From positions 1 through 64,000 of the forward strand of contig JBEPZZ010000004.1 in the NCBI GenBank assembly GCA_041640575.1: 64,000 nucleotides of DNA, read 5' to 3'. Made by a program: the position numbers and the translations under genes. Each line of letters starts with the position of its first letter. The stretch's first letter is position 1. Positions 63,733 through 64,000 of this stretch are shown here, one piece after another. The stretch comes from Pseudothermotoga sp. (GTDB lineage: Bacteria > Thermotogota > Thermotogae > Thermotogales > DSM-5069). The notes below the pieces were generated by a model that saw only the letters and a program-made list of their open reading frames with translations, did not search any database and had not been told where the DNA came from.

Positions 63733-64000
63733 GAAACATAGTTGAAAACATCACCGAAGATTTCTTTGAAATGCTCAGATATGATAAAAACGACTGGCTT
63801 AACTACTGGAAAAGTTATAGAAATAAATATGAACCTTTAATTGAAAACTACGAGAAACTCTTTAATATTGACGAAGAAATTTTGAAGAAAACCTTATTAT
63901 CTCTTGAACGCCGCTTTCTGGACCGATTTATGCAAAAATGGCACACTGTTCAACGCGAAAATAAGCTTCTCTCTTCACATTTAGTTTCACACAAATCAGA
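63729..64000 (+). CDS. Hypothetical protein, N-terminal part, runs off the window
   Basis: ATGA overlap with the Rrf2 stop, GGGGTGG SD, frame open to the window edge (MRNIVENITEDFFEMLRYDKNDWLNYW...). Confidence 0.65.
   Translation, partial: MRNIVENITEDFFEMLRYDKNDWLNYWKSYRNKYEPLIENYEKLFNIDEEILKKTLLSLERRFLDRFMQKWHTVQRENKLLSSHLVSHKS

Overview
A gene-dense, low-GC chromosomal segment made mostly of core genes. It is very probably from a Thermotogota bacterium (inference from two Omp-alpha-like SLH/coiled-coil/C-terminal-anchor proteins, PEGA proteins, a long RecJ and the overall gene order). Housekeeping genes: obgE, nadD, dus, htrA, ileS, prfA, serS, proS, guaA, ftsY, rsmG/I/E, recJ, ruvX. It also holds a recJ-ruvX-tRNA(Arg,CCG)-mreB-flgFGAHIJ operon, several envelope ('toga') genes, and a GAF/PAS kinase with a receiver protein. 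Accessory metabolism comprises a LacI-controlled sugar catabolic locus with a PIG-L deacetylase, a stand-alone ATP-dependent PEP carboxykinase, and two lysine-fermentation genes (kal, kce). I saw no CRISPR array, prophage, IS element, rRNA or recognisable defence system, and nothing here is demonstrably a new system. Best leads: (1) the deacetylase/oxidoreductase/TIM-barrel sugar locus; (2) RecJ fused to a degenerate SF2/RecQ-like helicase module; (3) a tRNA whose 5' end overlaps the ruvX stop codon; (4) an apparent premature TAA in a Mut7-C RNase gene coupled to the kinase; (5) envelope modules (Omp-alpha paralogue + LptA-like + PEGA; a coiled-coil LysM/degenerate M23/3D lipoprotein); (6) a 10-bp-periodic operator-like array upstream of pckA. 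All family calls are from motif recognition by eye, with no database searches. Several start codons were moved from the ORF track to the nearest Shine-Dalgarno-supported start.
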